Position numbers and translations under genes: made by a program. From a virus (lineage: Duplodnaviria > Caudoviricetes), in IMG/VR virus record IMGVR_UViG_3300033233_001970: DNA of 64,000 bases; one strand, given 5' to 3'. Each line of letters opens with the position of its first letter. The stretch's first letter is position 1. The notes below the pieces were generated by a model. It made no database searches, had not been told where the DNA came from, and saw nothing but the letters and a program-made list of their open reading frames with translations. Of this stretch, positions 7,318 to 17,899 are shown piece by piece.

Positions 7318-7716
7318 ATGGTCGAGAGACTCGAACGCCTGGTGCTACGCGAAATCGGTAAATGGGGCCGCATTTCGCCCAAAAAGCTCTGCATCAACCT
7401 CTCTGAACGCGGCGAGTCGTTCAACGACGTACGCGACACGACGAACCGTTTGTGGAGCCAGGGCGAGATTCGTCTTCACGATCAAATGTGGCAGATTGAC
7501 GATCACTTCACACGCTCGGTGAAGGAACTGAAGAAGAGGAAACAGCCCATAACGCTCCGTACGCTCCGGGCGTACGTTGGGATGACCGACGAAGAGGGCC
7601 AACGCGTCCTCAGGCTCCTCAGGAGAAAGAAGCTCGTGACGTTCGTGCGTGCGAAGAAGTGCAAGACCTGCGGCCACGTCCTCGACAAGAACGAAGGGTG
7701 GGTTTGGGCCGGATGA
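7318..7716 (+). CDS. putative tandem winged-helix protein with C-terminal CxxC
   Basis: Two wHTH-sized basic segments; CKTCGH. Confidence 0.5.
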   Translation: MVERLERLVLREIGKWGRISPKKLCINLSERGESFNDVRDTTNRLWSQGEIRLHDQMWQIDDHFTRSVKELKKRKQPITLRTLRAYVGMTDEEGQRVLRLLRRKKLVTFVRAKKCKTCGHVLDKNEGWVWAG

Positions 7717-7933
7717 CGCCGCGAGAAGCATTTGCGTTTCTGATGGCGCAAGCAAGGCACAAGGATGCCTCGCCGGAGCTCATCGAAGCTGTGGGTATCG
7801 TGCAAGATCACACGACGCGATTGGAGCAATTTTCACAGCTCGTTATTTCGTCGATACGAAGCGCCGAGCGTGATTTGCCAGAGCTCGCCACGATGAACAA
7901 ACATCCGTGGATCCTGAAGAAGAAGCAGTCTGG

Positions 7934-8290
7934 ATGATGACACCGATGCCCTACCGCGAGCAAACACCGGAGCGCATGGACGCGCGCATCTCCGATCTCG
8001 AGACCAAGGTCGAAGAGCTTCTTAATGTCGTCACGAAGCCGCCGAAGGCTGCGCCGCAACCGTCGAAACCGATGATTTTTCGGCAATGGCATCTCGCGCT
8101 CGGAGCAGGACTCGCTCCGATTGCGGTTGGCGCGTTTCCGGCGTGGTTCGCGTCGGTTTACGGAACATCTTCACCGTGGTTCGTTTGGCTTATCGTTTTT
8201 GACATTACCGTATGGCTAGGATCGTACGGTGTATTGATTGGCGTCACCTCAAATTCCAAACGGTGGAACGCGCCGGTGAACAAGGAATGA
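7934..8290 (+). CDS. membrane protein (2 TM)
   Basis: Two hydrophobic segments; PYR motif near the N-terminus. Confidence 0.6.
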   Translation: MMTPMPYREQTPERMDARISDLETKVEELLNVVTKPPKAAPQPSKPMIFRQWHLALGAGLAPIAVGAFPAWFASVYGTSSPWFVWLIVFDITVWLGSYGVLIGVTSNSKRWNAPVNKE

Positions 8291-8468
8291 AAGATTCGAA
8301 TGTCGAACGCGCAAAAAGAGAGCTCATACGCGCGGTCGATGCGCTCTACGCCGCAGCCGCCGCCCTTGAGAATCTCGAGGAGCACGACGATTTCTGCGCT
8401 CAAGACGTGAAAGATTCAATCAGGCGCGCTATGGGCGAAGCCGAGGACGCGCGCAACGCCATCGACAC

Positions 8469-8681
8469 ATGAAAAAAGAAGATTTCAAAATCGGCTCAGA
8501 ATTTTTCACAGCCACCGGTCGATGGCGCTGCACCGACGTCGGCACGAGGGTTGTGGTCGCTATCAAGATCGATCCAGATCAGGACGAATCTTGGCGCAAA
8601 GGGCCACCGTACGCCGTCGCCGAGGTCGTCTTCGATGAATACGATTCTACTGGATGCTCGGAAACGAGGATAGAAGAATGA
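8469..8681 (+). CDS. small hypothetical protein
   Basis: Coupled ORF; WRCTDVGTR...GPPYAVAEVVFDEYD. Confidence 0.65.
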   Translation: MKKEDFKIGSEFFTATGRWRCTDVGTRVVVAIKIDPDQDESWRKGPPYAVAEVVFDEYDSTGCSETRIEE

Positions 8682-9196
8682 CTTCTGATGAAAAGAAGCC
8701 CGATGTTTTCGACGCGGCATTGGCGGCACCGACGGCACCAGAAAAAGAGTCGCTCGACTTCCGAAAATGCGTTTGCAAATCCTGTAACGAACCCGTCAAG
8801 TTGATGCTGATGCGCGGCCCCAAAGGCGGGTACGTGACGCTCGGCGGCGGAGCACTCACGCTCGGAAGTCTCTCGAAGGACGTTCTTGTCGTCTGCAACG
8901 CGCACTTTCAGAAAGTGATTCTCGACAAGGAAAATACGGAACGATGGGTCGCGCTCACGAAGAAGCAATTCGGATGGACTGCGCACGCGCACGGCATGAC
9001 ACTCCGAACACTCAAGAAGAAGCTCGTACGGAGCCGCAACCAAGAGGTCAGGAATCGGAAGAAAAATCGAGATTTGCACACGTGCTACAAGCCCGTCTTG
9101 CCTCTTCCGTCATGGGCAGGATGGTTGCTCGGCGGGATGTTGGCGCCGATCATGGGTGCGATTGCGTACCAGTTCTACAAGAAAAAGGCTGCGTGA
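8678..9196 (+). CDS. hypothetical protein with C-terminal TM helix
   Basis: ATGA overlap; CKSC; C-terminal hydrophobic helix followed by KKK. Confidence 0.6.
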   Translation: MTSDEKKPDVFDAALAAPTAPEKESLDFRKCVCKSCNEPVKLMLMRGPKGGYVTLGGGALTLGSLSKDVLVVCNAHFQKVILDKENTERWVALTKKQFGWTAHAHGMTLRTLKKKLVRSRNQEVRNRKKNRDLHTCYKPVLPLPSWAGWLLGGMLAPIMGAIAYQFYKKKAA

Positions 9197-9235
9197 ACAG
9201 TCCCTACCGCGAAGACGGAACCGATCGGACGGCCG

Positions 9236-9595
9236 GTGAAATGGATAGACATGACTGAGAAAAATTCGTTCGACACGTGGTTGGAACAACCGATCGGCTG
9301 TTCGTCGCAGCTCGCGTGGTCGATCATCATGCAGACGTTGAGCGCCGCCTGGAACGGAGGCGTTATTCTTCGTTTCATGTGGGGCTGGTTCGTCGCTCCA
9401 ACGATTCATGCGACGCAACTCTCGTTCACGATGGCCGCAGGCGTTTATCTTGTCGTACGACATCTCGTTACGCATCAACCAGACGTCAACCGACCCGGAC
9501 CTGTCGTGAAAAACATCGTCGGCAGCTTCATGTGGATGTTTTTGCCGTCCACGCTGCTTTTCGGCGTTGCGTGGCTTTTCCATCACGGGATTTGA
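9236..9595 (+). CDS. membrane protein (true start probably 9193 with a frameshift)
   Basis: About three hydrophobic segments. Confidence 0.55.
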   Translation: MKWIDMTEKNSFDTWLEQPIGCSSQLAWSIIMQTLSAAWNGGVILRFMWGWFVAPTIHATQLSFTMAAGVYLVVRHLVTHQPDVNRPGPVVKNIVGSFMWMFLPSTLLFGVAWLFHHGI

Positions 9596-9596
9596 A

Positions 9597-9959
9597 ATGG
9601 GACACGCGAACACCACGAACATCAGCCAGTGCTTCAATCGACTCATTCATCGTGGCGGCGTATCGGTCCGTGAATGCATCGAAGAGCTCAAGCGGCGTGG
9701 CGAAGCGGTTCACGCTTCAGAGGGAGATCTGGACGAGCCCTACATGCTCGGCATGGTCGTCGAGCAGATTGTTTCGTGTCTTTTCGAGGAATGCCTCATC
9801 GAGCCGATCGATTTGACACGCAAACAGAAAGCCATCTTCAACGCTTGGAAGCGTGAAGAAAACGGAGATTGGGACAGCGGAGACGATGGCGACGGAGGCG
9901 AGTACGGAATTTTCGATTCCATCAAGTGGCGGGCCACAATTCGTTATTTGGAAAACTGA
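9597..9959 (+). CDS. hypothetical protein
   Basis: Fills the gap; TGATG-coupled to the ARH gene. Confidence 0.55.
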   Translation: MGHANTTNISQCFNRLIHRGGVSVRECIEELKRRGEAVHASEGDLDEPYMLGMVVEQIVSCLFEECLIEPIDLTRKQKAIFNAWKREENGDWDSGDDGDGGEYGIFDSIKWRATIRYLEN

Positions 9960-10852
9960 TGAAACACCCGAACCCACTCATGCTCGTTCGGATCGCGCAA
10001 GGCGATGCTTACGGTCTCGCGACCGAATACATCAAGTTCCCGAGAGACCAGGCCATCTACGACAAGGCGCTGAAGTTCGAGTCGTACGGCCAACATCCGA
10101 CGCATTCGCTCAAGCCTGGCTGCTACAGCGATGACACGCAGATGTCGATCGGTGTGACGGAGGTGCTGCTCGAAGAAGAGGGTTACTTCGTGCTCACCAG
10201 TCGTTTCGCTGAAGCGTTCGTGCGCTGTTTCAAGCGCGATCCGCGCGATGGCTATGCGCGAGGTTTCCAAGCGTTCCTTGAGACGGTCAAAGACGGATCG
10301 GACTTCATCGCGAGGATCGATCCAAAATCCGACAAGAACGGCGCGGCCATGCGTTCGGTGCCGCTCGGCGTGCTCGCGGATCCCATTCATGTGCGGTACA
10401 TGGCCAACCTCCAGGCGAAGCTCACGCACGACACGTTGCAGGGCGTGGAGTCGTCGATTCTCGTGGCGCTGATGAGTCACTTCGCCCTTCACACGGACGA
10501 ACCATTGAGCCGTCTTCCCGAGTGGCTAGAAAAGCAATTACCTGCCATAGTGCCGAGATTCATCGCGCCCTGGGAAGGAGGTCCGGTGAAGGTTCCAGAA
10601 GTTGGCATCAACACGGCGCGTGCTGTGATGACGCTTCTCGCGACGGAGACGAGCCTGATTGGCATCGCGAAGCGAACGATCGAGTGGGGTGGCGACACCG
10701 ATTCCGTGCTCGCGGTCGCGTGGGGCATCGCGAGCGCGCGTTTTCAGAACGAGCAGCTTCCGATGTTCTTTGACGGCGGGCTCGAGAATGGTCCGTATGG
10801 ATACAAATTCCTGAAAGAGCTCGGCACCAAGCTCATGGGGAAATATGCATGA
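9959..10852 (+). CDS. ADP-ribosylglycohydrolase (DraG/ARH family)
   Basis: Family motifs GDAYG, SDDTQMS, NGAAMR, LTH and GGDTDS are all present in order. Confidence 0.92.
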   Translation: MKHPNPLMLVRIAQGDAYGLATEYIKFPRDQAIYDKALKFESYGQHPTHSLKPGCYSDDTQMSIGVTEVLLEEEGYFVLTSRFAEAFVRCFKRDPRDGYARGFQAFLETVKDGSDFIARIDPKSDKNGAAMRSVPLGVLADPIHVRYMANLQAKLTHDTLQGVESSILVALMSHFALHTDEPLSRLPEWLEKQLPAIVPRFIAPWEGGPVKVPEVGINTARAVMTLLATETSLIGIAKRTIEWGGDTDSVLAVAWGIASARFQNEQLPMFFDGGLENGPYGYKFLKELGTKLMGKYA

Positions 10853-11370
10853 CGAGAACGCCGCCTTCGTCGAAGCCGGAGCAAACGGCGAGAGGAACGG
10901 AACTTCAAATTTGTCATGACTGCAAGGCCAAACCCGGCGAGCTTCACGGGTCTGGTTGTGACGTCGAGCGATGCATACTTTGTGGCGGTCAGCTCATTTC
11001 GTGTCACTGCGTGTATACGGTCAACGGTATGGACTCGAGCACCCTCGAAGAAAAACATCCCGACATTTACAACAACGGCGCGACCGACGCGATGTGGGAA
11101 AAATATGATGCCGAGGTGAAAAAGTACGGCGGCCCCGATGCGTGGACGGGAATTTGGCCAGGTGTCGAGCAATGCATCTAGTTTGGCTGGTATTCGCGCT
11201 GGGTAAGCTGCAAAACCGGAAAACCCATCGAGCTTCGATTCGGTGGTGAATCAGGAAAATGGGAAGAATGCAAGGCGGCCGATGAGGGTGCGGGTCCGGA
11301 TCTCAACCGTCTCAACGCCTGGAGCGTGATTTGGAGTCGCGAAAAAAGACGATGGGTACTGCCGTCGTGA
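10849..11370 (+). pseudogene. Cys/Trp-rich phage protein interrupted by an in-frame TAG (11179-11181)
   Basis: The frame continues for 62 sense codons after the TAG: WPGVEQCI*FGWYSRW...PDLNRL...RRWVLPS. Confidence 0.6.
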
Positions 11371-11677
11371 TTGCCGTGATCGCCGCCCTCGACTAAAGGA
11401 ATCCGCGCATGGACAGCCCCTATCGAAACATCGGTCCCAAAACCGACAATTACGACCCAGAAAAAGATATCGAAGTTGTTGCGGAGGAGATGACAACGAG
11501 AGTCGTGCGACTTACTTGTGAGAAGCCAACGTCCGCAGTCCAAACGGCCACGGTTCAAACAAGAGATGTCCGACACGAGCCGCCTTGACCCGAGCGGAAT
11601 GGGAAGAAATCAAGACGTTTTGCGACGCGGCGTGGCGTCAGTACGAAATCAAGTTTCCGGATCAATAGGAGAAAAAA

Positions 11678-12391
11678 ATGAGTCTCAGCAATAAGTTGAA
11701 TCAGTTGGCGGCTTCCTTCGCAAAGTCGGTGCTCGACGCCATCCGTGGTGAAAAGCTCGAAGAGATTGTCGCCGAGCTCGGTAGCAGCGACATCATCGTC
11801 ATTCCCGACGTGAAGGCGGCGAAGTCGGTGAAGTCGGCGCAGGTAGCGCCCAAAAAGCAAAATGCGCCGGCACCAAAGAAGACCGCTGCTCCCGCGAAGA
11901 AGAGCTCCGGTCGCCTCGCTCGCAGGAGCGACGAAGACATCGCCTCGATGGCCGATGCCATTGCCAAGCTTTGCGCCAAGCATCCTGACGGTCTCCGCGC
12001 CGAGCAGATCCGTGTCGAGCTCGACGTGGACGCGAAGGAAATGCCGAGGCCGATCAAGTACGCGCTCGACAACGGGATGCTCCGTACGACGGGACAGAAG
12101 CGTGCGACGACGTACTTCGCCAAGGGCGCCAAGGGCAGCAAGGCGGCACCCTCGAAGGCCAAAGCGGCAAAGGTCGCGAAGCCGGTGAAGAAGGCGAAGC
12201 CGGTCAAGGCCAAGGCTGCCAAAGCCGAAGCGCCCAAGAAGCGCGGTCGCCCCAAGGGCAGCAAGAACGCGAAAAAGGCCGAGACTTCGTCCAAGAACGG
12301 CAAGGCAGCAAAGGTCTCGAAAGAGGAGCTCGCGGCGATGACGAAGATCGCGTCGGAGTCCACGTCGACGGAAGAAGCTAAGACGGAGTAG
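11678..12391 (+). CDS. histone-H1-like Lys/Ala-rich DNA-binding protein with central winged-helix
   Basis: AGGAG RBS; PAKK/AKAAK tails; globular core GLRAEQIRVELD...TGQKRATTYF; AT-hook-like KKRGRPKG. Confidence 0.8.
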   Translation: MSLSNKLNQLAASFAKSVLDAIRGEKLEEIVAELGSSDIIVIPDVKAAKSVKSAQVAPKKQNAPAPKKTAAPAKKSSGRLARRSDEDIASMADAIAKLCAKHPDGLRAEQIRVELDVDAKEMPRPIKYALDNGMLRTTGQKRATTYFAKGAKGSKAAPSKAKAAKVAKPVKKAKPVKAKAAKAEAPKKRGRPKGSKNAKKAETSSKNGKAAKVSKEELAAMTKIASESTSTEEAKTE

Positions 12392-12766
12392 TGTGAAAAC
12401 GACGTCGCGCAAAGGCGCGAACGTCTGCAACGCAGGGGAAGAGGTCGTCTTCGTTTACTACGAAGGCGGTCATGATCCTTGCCACGCAGTCGTCAAGCGC
12501 ACGGATGGCCCATGGTCCGCGAACCGTGTCGGCTTCTGTGGTTATGAGCCCTCTTACGGTCCGATGCCGTATTGCATCGAACCGGACGGCGGGCTCTGCC
12601 ACATATGCGCGAAGCACGTCGAGAAGCGAGGCGGCAAATGGGTCGTGAAGAAACACGTCGGCGCGCAGCCGTTCGGGCGCTCGAGACGTCAAGCTTGCGA
12701 TGACTCCTCTTGGGCAGACGACGATTAGTCTTGACAAAAGACGGTACAAGACGGAAAAACATAAGC

Positions 12767-13129
12767 ATGCGCGATAAGTTGAGTTCGACCTATGGGCCCG
12801 ACGCGCCGTGCTTCAGTTGCGAGCAGAGGCCGCAAAAGTACCTGACTGGATTGTGCGAAGGATGCCATCGAGTCGCCTGTAGGATTGGTGGAATTCACGC
12901 TGATAGTGATCAGATCGTCATCCTGTCGGACAAGTGCCCAGATTTCAATCAACGAGCGATCGAATGGCTTGATGACGGGCTCGAGCAAATTCAGGGAATC
13001 GCGCAAATGGTCGTTGACGGCAATTTGCTCGGAACGGATCGCAAAAGACTTGCTGAAATGATTCTCGAGATCGCGGTTCATGCCAGAAAACGAGCCGTCG
13101 ACACCTATCTGAAGGAACCATCGAAATGA
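12767..13129 (+). CDS. hypothetical protein with CxxC pairs
   Basis: CFSC...CEGC; preceded by TTGACA at 12731. Confidence 0.55.
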   Translation: MRDKLSSTYGPDAPCFSCEQRPQKYLTGLCEGCHRVACRIGGIHADSDQIVILSDKCPDFNQRAIEWLDDGLEQIQGIAQMVVDGNLLGTDRKRLAEMILEIAVHARKRAVDTYLKEPSK

Positions 13130-13620
13130 CACAGGACGAAAGTGTTCTCGAGGCCATTCGTACGCACATCAAGCAGTACGGAAAGCCTCCGCCCGACATG
13201 AAGAAACTCATGGCGATGACGAAGCTGCCGATGAAGACCATTTCGAGATCGGTAGGCCGACTCGCCGATCGCGGTGCCATCATCTACTCGTCGCGCGATT
13301 ACAGTTCGATCCAGATGGGAGTCGAGCTGAAAAAGAACATCGAAAAAGAAATGCTCAAGTCGGTACCAACGGCGCCAAAGAGAAAGTACAAGCGTACGTC
13401 TCCGGCGGCGAAGACCAATGGCCACGCAAAGGAAAACCCAGGTCCATTCGAGATGGTTCAGCCTCCCGACGTCAAACGTGTCGTAGACGTACTCGTGGCC
13501 ATAGACGCGCTCGAGGCTAAGCGCGACGAGCTCATCGGGCAAAGAAAGCGCGTAGACGATGAGATTCTGTTGATCGGAAAAGCGGTAGCTTTGCTATCTG
13601 GTCAAACTGGTCAAAAATGA
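13126..13620 (+). CDS. winged-helix (LexA-DBD-like) regulator
   Basis: VLEAIRTHIKQYGKPP...KTISRSVGRLADRGAI resembles a LexA-type N-terminal wHTH; no peptidase domain. Confidence 0.6.
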   Translation: MTQDESVLEAIRTHIKQYGKPPPDMKKLMAMTKLPMKTISRSVGRLADRGAIIYSSRDYSSIQMGVELKKNIEKEMLKSVPTAPKRKYKRTSPAAKTNGHAKENPGPFEMVQPPDVKRVVDVLVAIDALEAKRDELIGQRKRVDDEILLIGKAVALLSGQTGQK

Positions 13621-13799
13621 AAACGAAAAATCCATATTTCACGGTTCCTGAAGCTGCCGATCACGCGAAGGTATCGAGAAGTACCATCGAGCGATGGCGC
13701 AGGAAAAAGAAGAACGCTCTTCCTGTGTACCGAAGAGGCGGTCGGGTACTCATCAGTCGGAAAGATCTAGACGCGTTTATCGAGCCGAAGAGAATGTGA
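13617..13799 (+). CDS. excisionase-like HTH (HTH_17-type) protein
   Basis: FTVPEAADHAKVSRSTIERW...LPVYRRGGRVLISRKDLDAFI. Confidence 0.85.
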   Translation: MKTKNPYFTVPEAADHAKVSRSTIERWRRKKKNALPVYRRGGRVLISRKDLDAFIEPKRM

Positions 13800-14282
13800 C
13801 GGTGCAAATGAGCCTCAGAGACGCCTCGGACGACGGGAAAGGCTTTCCAGGTTTGACCATGAAAGAGCTCACCCAGGCGTGCTCCAACATCGGATTTGAT
13901 CTGACATGCGGAGCGTGTGCGTGCGTATTCTTTACCGGACATGGCGGCGTCTACCCGCACGACGATGCTTGCAAAACAAATCGTTCCGAATCCGATAAAG
14001 GCAAATGAACTGTCAGCATCCGAGGATTACCGGCGTCTGGTGCGCTGATTGTTTTTCGCCGAAATCGATGGAGGAGTTGGAAATGGCACTAAGTAAAGGC
14101 GTCACACTCAAAGGCGCGACGGCAGGTGCGTTCATCGAGATGATGACCGGCAAAGCCCCGAAAAACGAAGACGACGAGTATCTCCGGTACGCGACCGCGA
14201 TCTACATGGAGATGAAGGTCGAGAACACGACCAAGGCCGTGAAGCTGCTCAAAGAGCTCGTGACGTTGAAGGCGCCCAAGTC

Positions 14283-15059
14283 ATGAATCACGAAATGCAC
14301 GACAGCCTCGTTCAGAAGTCGAAGAGCGATACGCAGTATCGAGATTACGGTGTTTCGGGCGTCAAGGTGCATGACGACGGAATTGAGCTCTATATGGCGG
14401 ACAGTGGCTTCATTTACTTGACCAACCTCACGGACGCGCCGTTACCGAAGAAGGGCGACAAGGTTCGTTTCTACGGCAAAGGATTGGGATACCAAGTTCG
14501 AGGGATTGCCAAACTGTCCGCCCATCTCGGATTCGTCGAGTACGTCTACTACTACGAGACCGAAGCGGAGCATCAGGCTCGGCACGAGCGCGAGGTCGCA
14601 GAGTCCAAGACGAAGAAGCAAAAAGACTTCGCCGAAAAGATCGGCGAATTTTCTACCGACGTCGCCAAGCTTCCCGCAGCGTTCCAGAAGCGAATCGAAT
14701 TCTTCATGCGTCGGCAGGAATGGGGGCCGGAATTCGGACCGTACGAGCTCTTCTCGTGTAAAGAAGCGGCGAAGATTGCGCGGGCATGCAAAACGCCAGA
14801 GCAGGTCGCGACGTTCGCGAAACCGAATCTCGGATCGTACAAGAAAGATTCCGAGTTCCAGAAGTTGGCGGTCTCCGATCTCGAATACGAAGAGCATTCC
14901 GGGAACACGTTCGGCATGGCGTGCAGACTCGCGTTTCTGTACCTGAAGGATCCTGATCTGATTCCGAAGGAGCACGGCGCGTTGTGCCCGCTCGTTGGTT
15001 GCCAAGACTACGGGTGCTGGGCAGCAACGGAAGCGGCAAAAGCGGAAAAAGAAGCATGA
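14283..15059 (+). CDS. hypothetical protein
   Basis: 258-aa coupled ORF; HSGNTFG and HGALCPLVGC motifs. Confidence 0.7.
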   Translation: MNHEMHDSLVQKSKSDTQYRDYGVSGVKVHDDGIELYMADSGFIYLTNLTDAPLPKKGDKVRFYGKGLGYQVRGIAKLSAHLGFVEYVYYYETEAEHQARHEREVAESKTKKQKDFAEKIGEFSTDVAKLPAAFQKRIEFFMRRQEWGPEFGPYELFSCKEAAKIARACKTPEQVATFAKPNLGSYKKDSEFQKLAVSDLEYEEHSGNTFGMACRLAFLYLKDPDLIPKEHGALCPLVGCQDYGCWAATEAAKAEKEA

Positions 15060-15361
15060 CTCCCGAAGAGCTCAAATCCGCGCACGACCGGAGCTTCCGA
15101 AACAAGCCCAACATCGAGGTGAGCTCGATGTGCGGATGTTTCTTTTGTGGCAAGACGTGCAAGCCGTCCGAGATCAAGGAATGGGTTCGGCGAGACGATA
15201 CCGCGATTTGTCCCCGATGCGGGATCGACTCACTCATCGGTGACGCCTCTGGATTGCCGGTGACGGACGTGCCGTTCCTGAGAGACATGTTCGATCATTG
15301 GTTCGGAACAGGGACGACGGAAGACGGTAAAAAAGTGGGCGCGTGCAAACGCAATTGGTGA
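15056..15361 (+). CDS. small Zn-ribbon protein
   Basis: CGCFFC...TAICPRCGIDSLIGDASG; ATGA overlap. Confidence 0.75.
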   Translation: MTPEELKSAHDRSFRNKPNIEVSSMCGCFFCGKTCKPSEIKEWVRRDDTAICPRCGIDSLIGDASGLPVTDVPFLRDMFDHWFGTGTTEDGKKVGACKRNW

Positions 15362-16904
15362 GTTGCGCAGGAGCAAACAAAGTTGGAAACTCGAACGACC
15401 AAAATGGCTGACAAGACCATCACCATCCTCATCGGTACGACCAAAACGACGCTCACGATCCAAGAGTGGATTGCGCTGAAAGATCGTATTTCGGTCGCGC
15501 TCAATCGATCTAAGGTGCGATGCGGCGCCTGCGGGCGGCTTACGCTTCCGTTTGCCCAATGCGAGGCGTGTGGCTGCTCACGATGAAGAGCATCGATCCG
15601 CCGCAAATGCCAAAGATCGGCGATGAGGTAGAGATCGCGGCAGACAGCGGCAAGTGGATTCCTGGTGTTGTTACGAAAGTTGACGGCGACTACGTGATGG
15701 GCAGCACGGATTGGTTCGTGTTTTCGCACACGATCCGATCGTATCGCGTGAACTGGAGGTTCAGGTGAGCGACACCGAATTGGGAACCTGCGATTTCTGT
15801 GGAGATCGCTATCAACGTGTCGCTGTTTCGGAGCAAGCTAAGGAATCAGGCGCGCGCATCTGCGCGGCTTGCGTCGCGTGGGCAGGCGAACAGCTTAGCC
15901 TGAAGGTCGGCGTGAAAGAGGTGCGCGGACCGCAGCCCAAGAAGGGCGTCGGTGACGGCGACTGCTCGTGAGGGACTGACGATGGTAGAGATTACCGCCA
16001 TGCTCTGTGGGCTCGCTTTTATTGTAGGTTATCTTATTGGATACAGGAGGCGAGCAATCAACGACGCCCGATCAGGTGTCGCCGCCAGAAGCGATGGCCC
16101 ATACAGGACAGCATCGGAACCACCGGACAGCGTTACGAGCGTCGAAATTGTGCGCACCGAGATGTCTACTGGCGATGCAAAACGGAACCTGCGTTACGAG
16201 AATGCGCTAAGGGTTATCTCACTCAGTCCTGTGCAATATACATGTGAGCAATTTCTCGTAAGAATCGCGAAAGACGCGATCGTTCGTGGACCAGACAACT
16301 ATGAGCATGCGTTACAAGCGATTGTTGCTCGCCGATCGGCTCCCGATGTACCTAATCACGGCCATCTCATCGAGATTGCAAAATTGGCACTTGGATGACA
16401 CGAACGCCGTCGCGAAAGAAAAAAGAGCGCACGATTTCTTTCGACCTCGCGGAAGCGATCGACGAGTACACGGTCGCGCTCAAAATTCACGAAGAAGCAG
16501 TACGCGAAGAACGCGTCACTTCATCCGTTGACGACAAATCTTCTCAAAAAATGCAACGGAGCGCGCGCCCTTCGAGACATAGCTCTTGCCAATCTCAATG
16601 CTGTACTTCTCGGGGACGAAGCATGAAGAAACGAGATGTTCAGGCTGGTGTTGTCAAGGCAAGCCAGAAGAAAACGAAAGAGCTCTACGATCGGATGCGC
16701 ACGGTCGAGTTGCAGTACCGTATTTTGCAGCAAGATTTCATCGAAGCTTCGGGTTGGGTAGAGCTCGGCAACGGTTACTGGATGAAGCATCAAGATTGGC
16801 TGGCCAGCAAAGACACCGGCAATGGTCTCAGGCGCGAAGAGGCCGCGAAGATGGCGTCGTACGAGTTCGATACGCGCATGAAAATCGCGTCGGCGCGTCG
16901 TCGG

Positions 16905-16934
16905 AGGGGAAACTCATGAAGGGGAAACTCATGA
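16905..16934 (+). repeat. 15-bp perfect tandem duplication of RBS plus start codon
   Basis: AGGGGAAACTCATGA occurs at 16905-16919 and 16920-16934. Confidence 0.9.
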
Positions 16935-17287
16935 AGGTTATCGATCCGAAAACCGATCGCCAAAAACTTCTCATCGACTTCCCGCTAGGCGTCTACGAGC
17001 ACTACAAGGGCGGCCTCTACACGGCCTACAGCGTGTCTTTGCACGAAGAGACGCTCGAGACGCTCGTCCACTACTACGCGCACGAACACAAAACCCGTTG
17101 GACGCGGACGTTCTCGAATTTCAAGGAGACCGTACGTAGTCCCGAAACAGGTCGAGATCGGCCTCGTTTTCGTTTCGATCGGGCAGCGACACAGCTCGAG
17201 TTTCTCGTCGCGTCGCAGAACGAGTACCTTGCTGGCCAGCTCGCGAAGTTCGCGGAGGCGACGGATTACTTTTCGAAGCTGGGTTGA
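16916..17287 (+). CDS. DUF1653-like protein
   Basis: GVYEHYKGGLY...HEETLETLVHY...WTR..F.E...RF. Confidence 0.75.
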   Translation: MKGKLMKVIDPKTDRQKLLIDFPLGVYEHYKGGLYTAYSVSLHEETLETLVHYYAHEHKTRWTRTFSNFKETVRSPETGRDRPRFRFDRAATQLEFLVASQNEYLAGQLAKFAEATDYFSKLG

Positions 17288-17299
17288 AAAGAGGATCAG

Positions 17300-17899
17300 A
17301 TGTCAGAAAAGAATCCTTTTTCGCTCATAAGCGCGGTGCTCGGCATGCTTCCAATGATGAAGTTGCCAACGAGCGAAACAGACTGCAACGACCTGAGCGC
17401 GTGGCGTGTGAAAGAGATGCATCCCGAAATGCTTACGGCGGAAGACATCGTCGAACGTACGTTGGCTGTCAAGGAAGTCATCAAAGAGATAGAGCGAGTC
17501 GCAACAGGCACGCCTAAAAAGTGGTGCCGTATAGAAAATTGTCCTGGTTACGCTATGGGGGCGGACGGTCCGCTCAAGGGTCGCGATCTTTGTAGAGCGC
17601 ATTGGGAAACCCAAGAGTCTTTTGCTGCGGCAAAAAGGCACGAGGACGTCGAGCTCGAGATGCACGCTCGGGCGCTTTTCTTGACCGATCCGGAAATCGT
17701 GGAATTCATCTCTCGCAAAGGAGAAGCTGATTTCCGCACGTTCATCGATACGTCGCCATTTCTCAACGTGACGTTCGGTCAGGGCCCGCTAGGCAAAGCT
17801 GCTGAGGTTGCGTGGAATCGAAACGAGCTAGGATGCCGCGAAAGAGCAAGAAGCCGCGCCCGCGCCATCATGAGCATCTTTCGATCGGCGGCCAAGTAA
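17300..17899 (+). CDS. hypothetical protein with C-C-C-H finger
   Basis: AGAGGA RBS; CRIENC...LCRAH. Confidence 0.65.
   Translation: MSEKNPFSLISAVLGMLPMMKLPTSETDCNDLSAWRVKEMHPEMLTAEDIVERTLAVKEVIKEIERVATGTPKKWCRIENCPGYAMGADGPLKGRDLCRAHWETQESFAAAKRHEDVELEMHARALFLTDPEIVEFISRKGEADFRTFIDTSPFLNVTFGQGPLGKAAEVAWNRNELGCRERARSRARAIMSIFRSAAK

Noticed and set aside
11179-11181. Genome-wide TAG reassignment
   Set aside because: TAG terminates other well-defined genes, and coding density is already high under the standard code.
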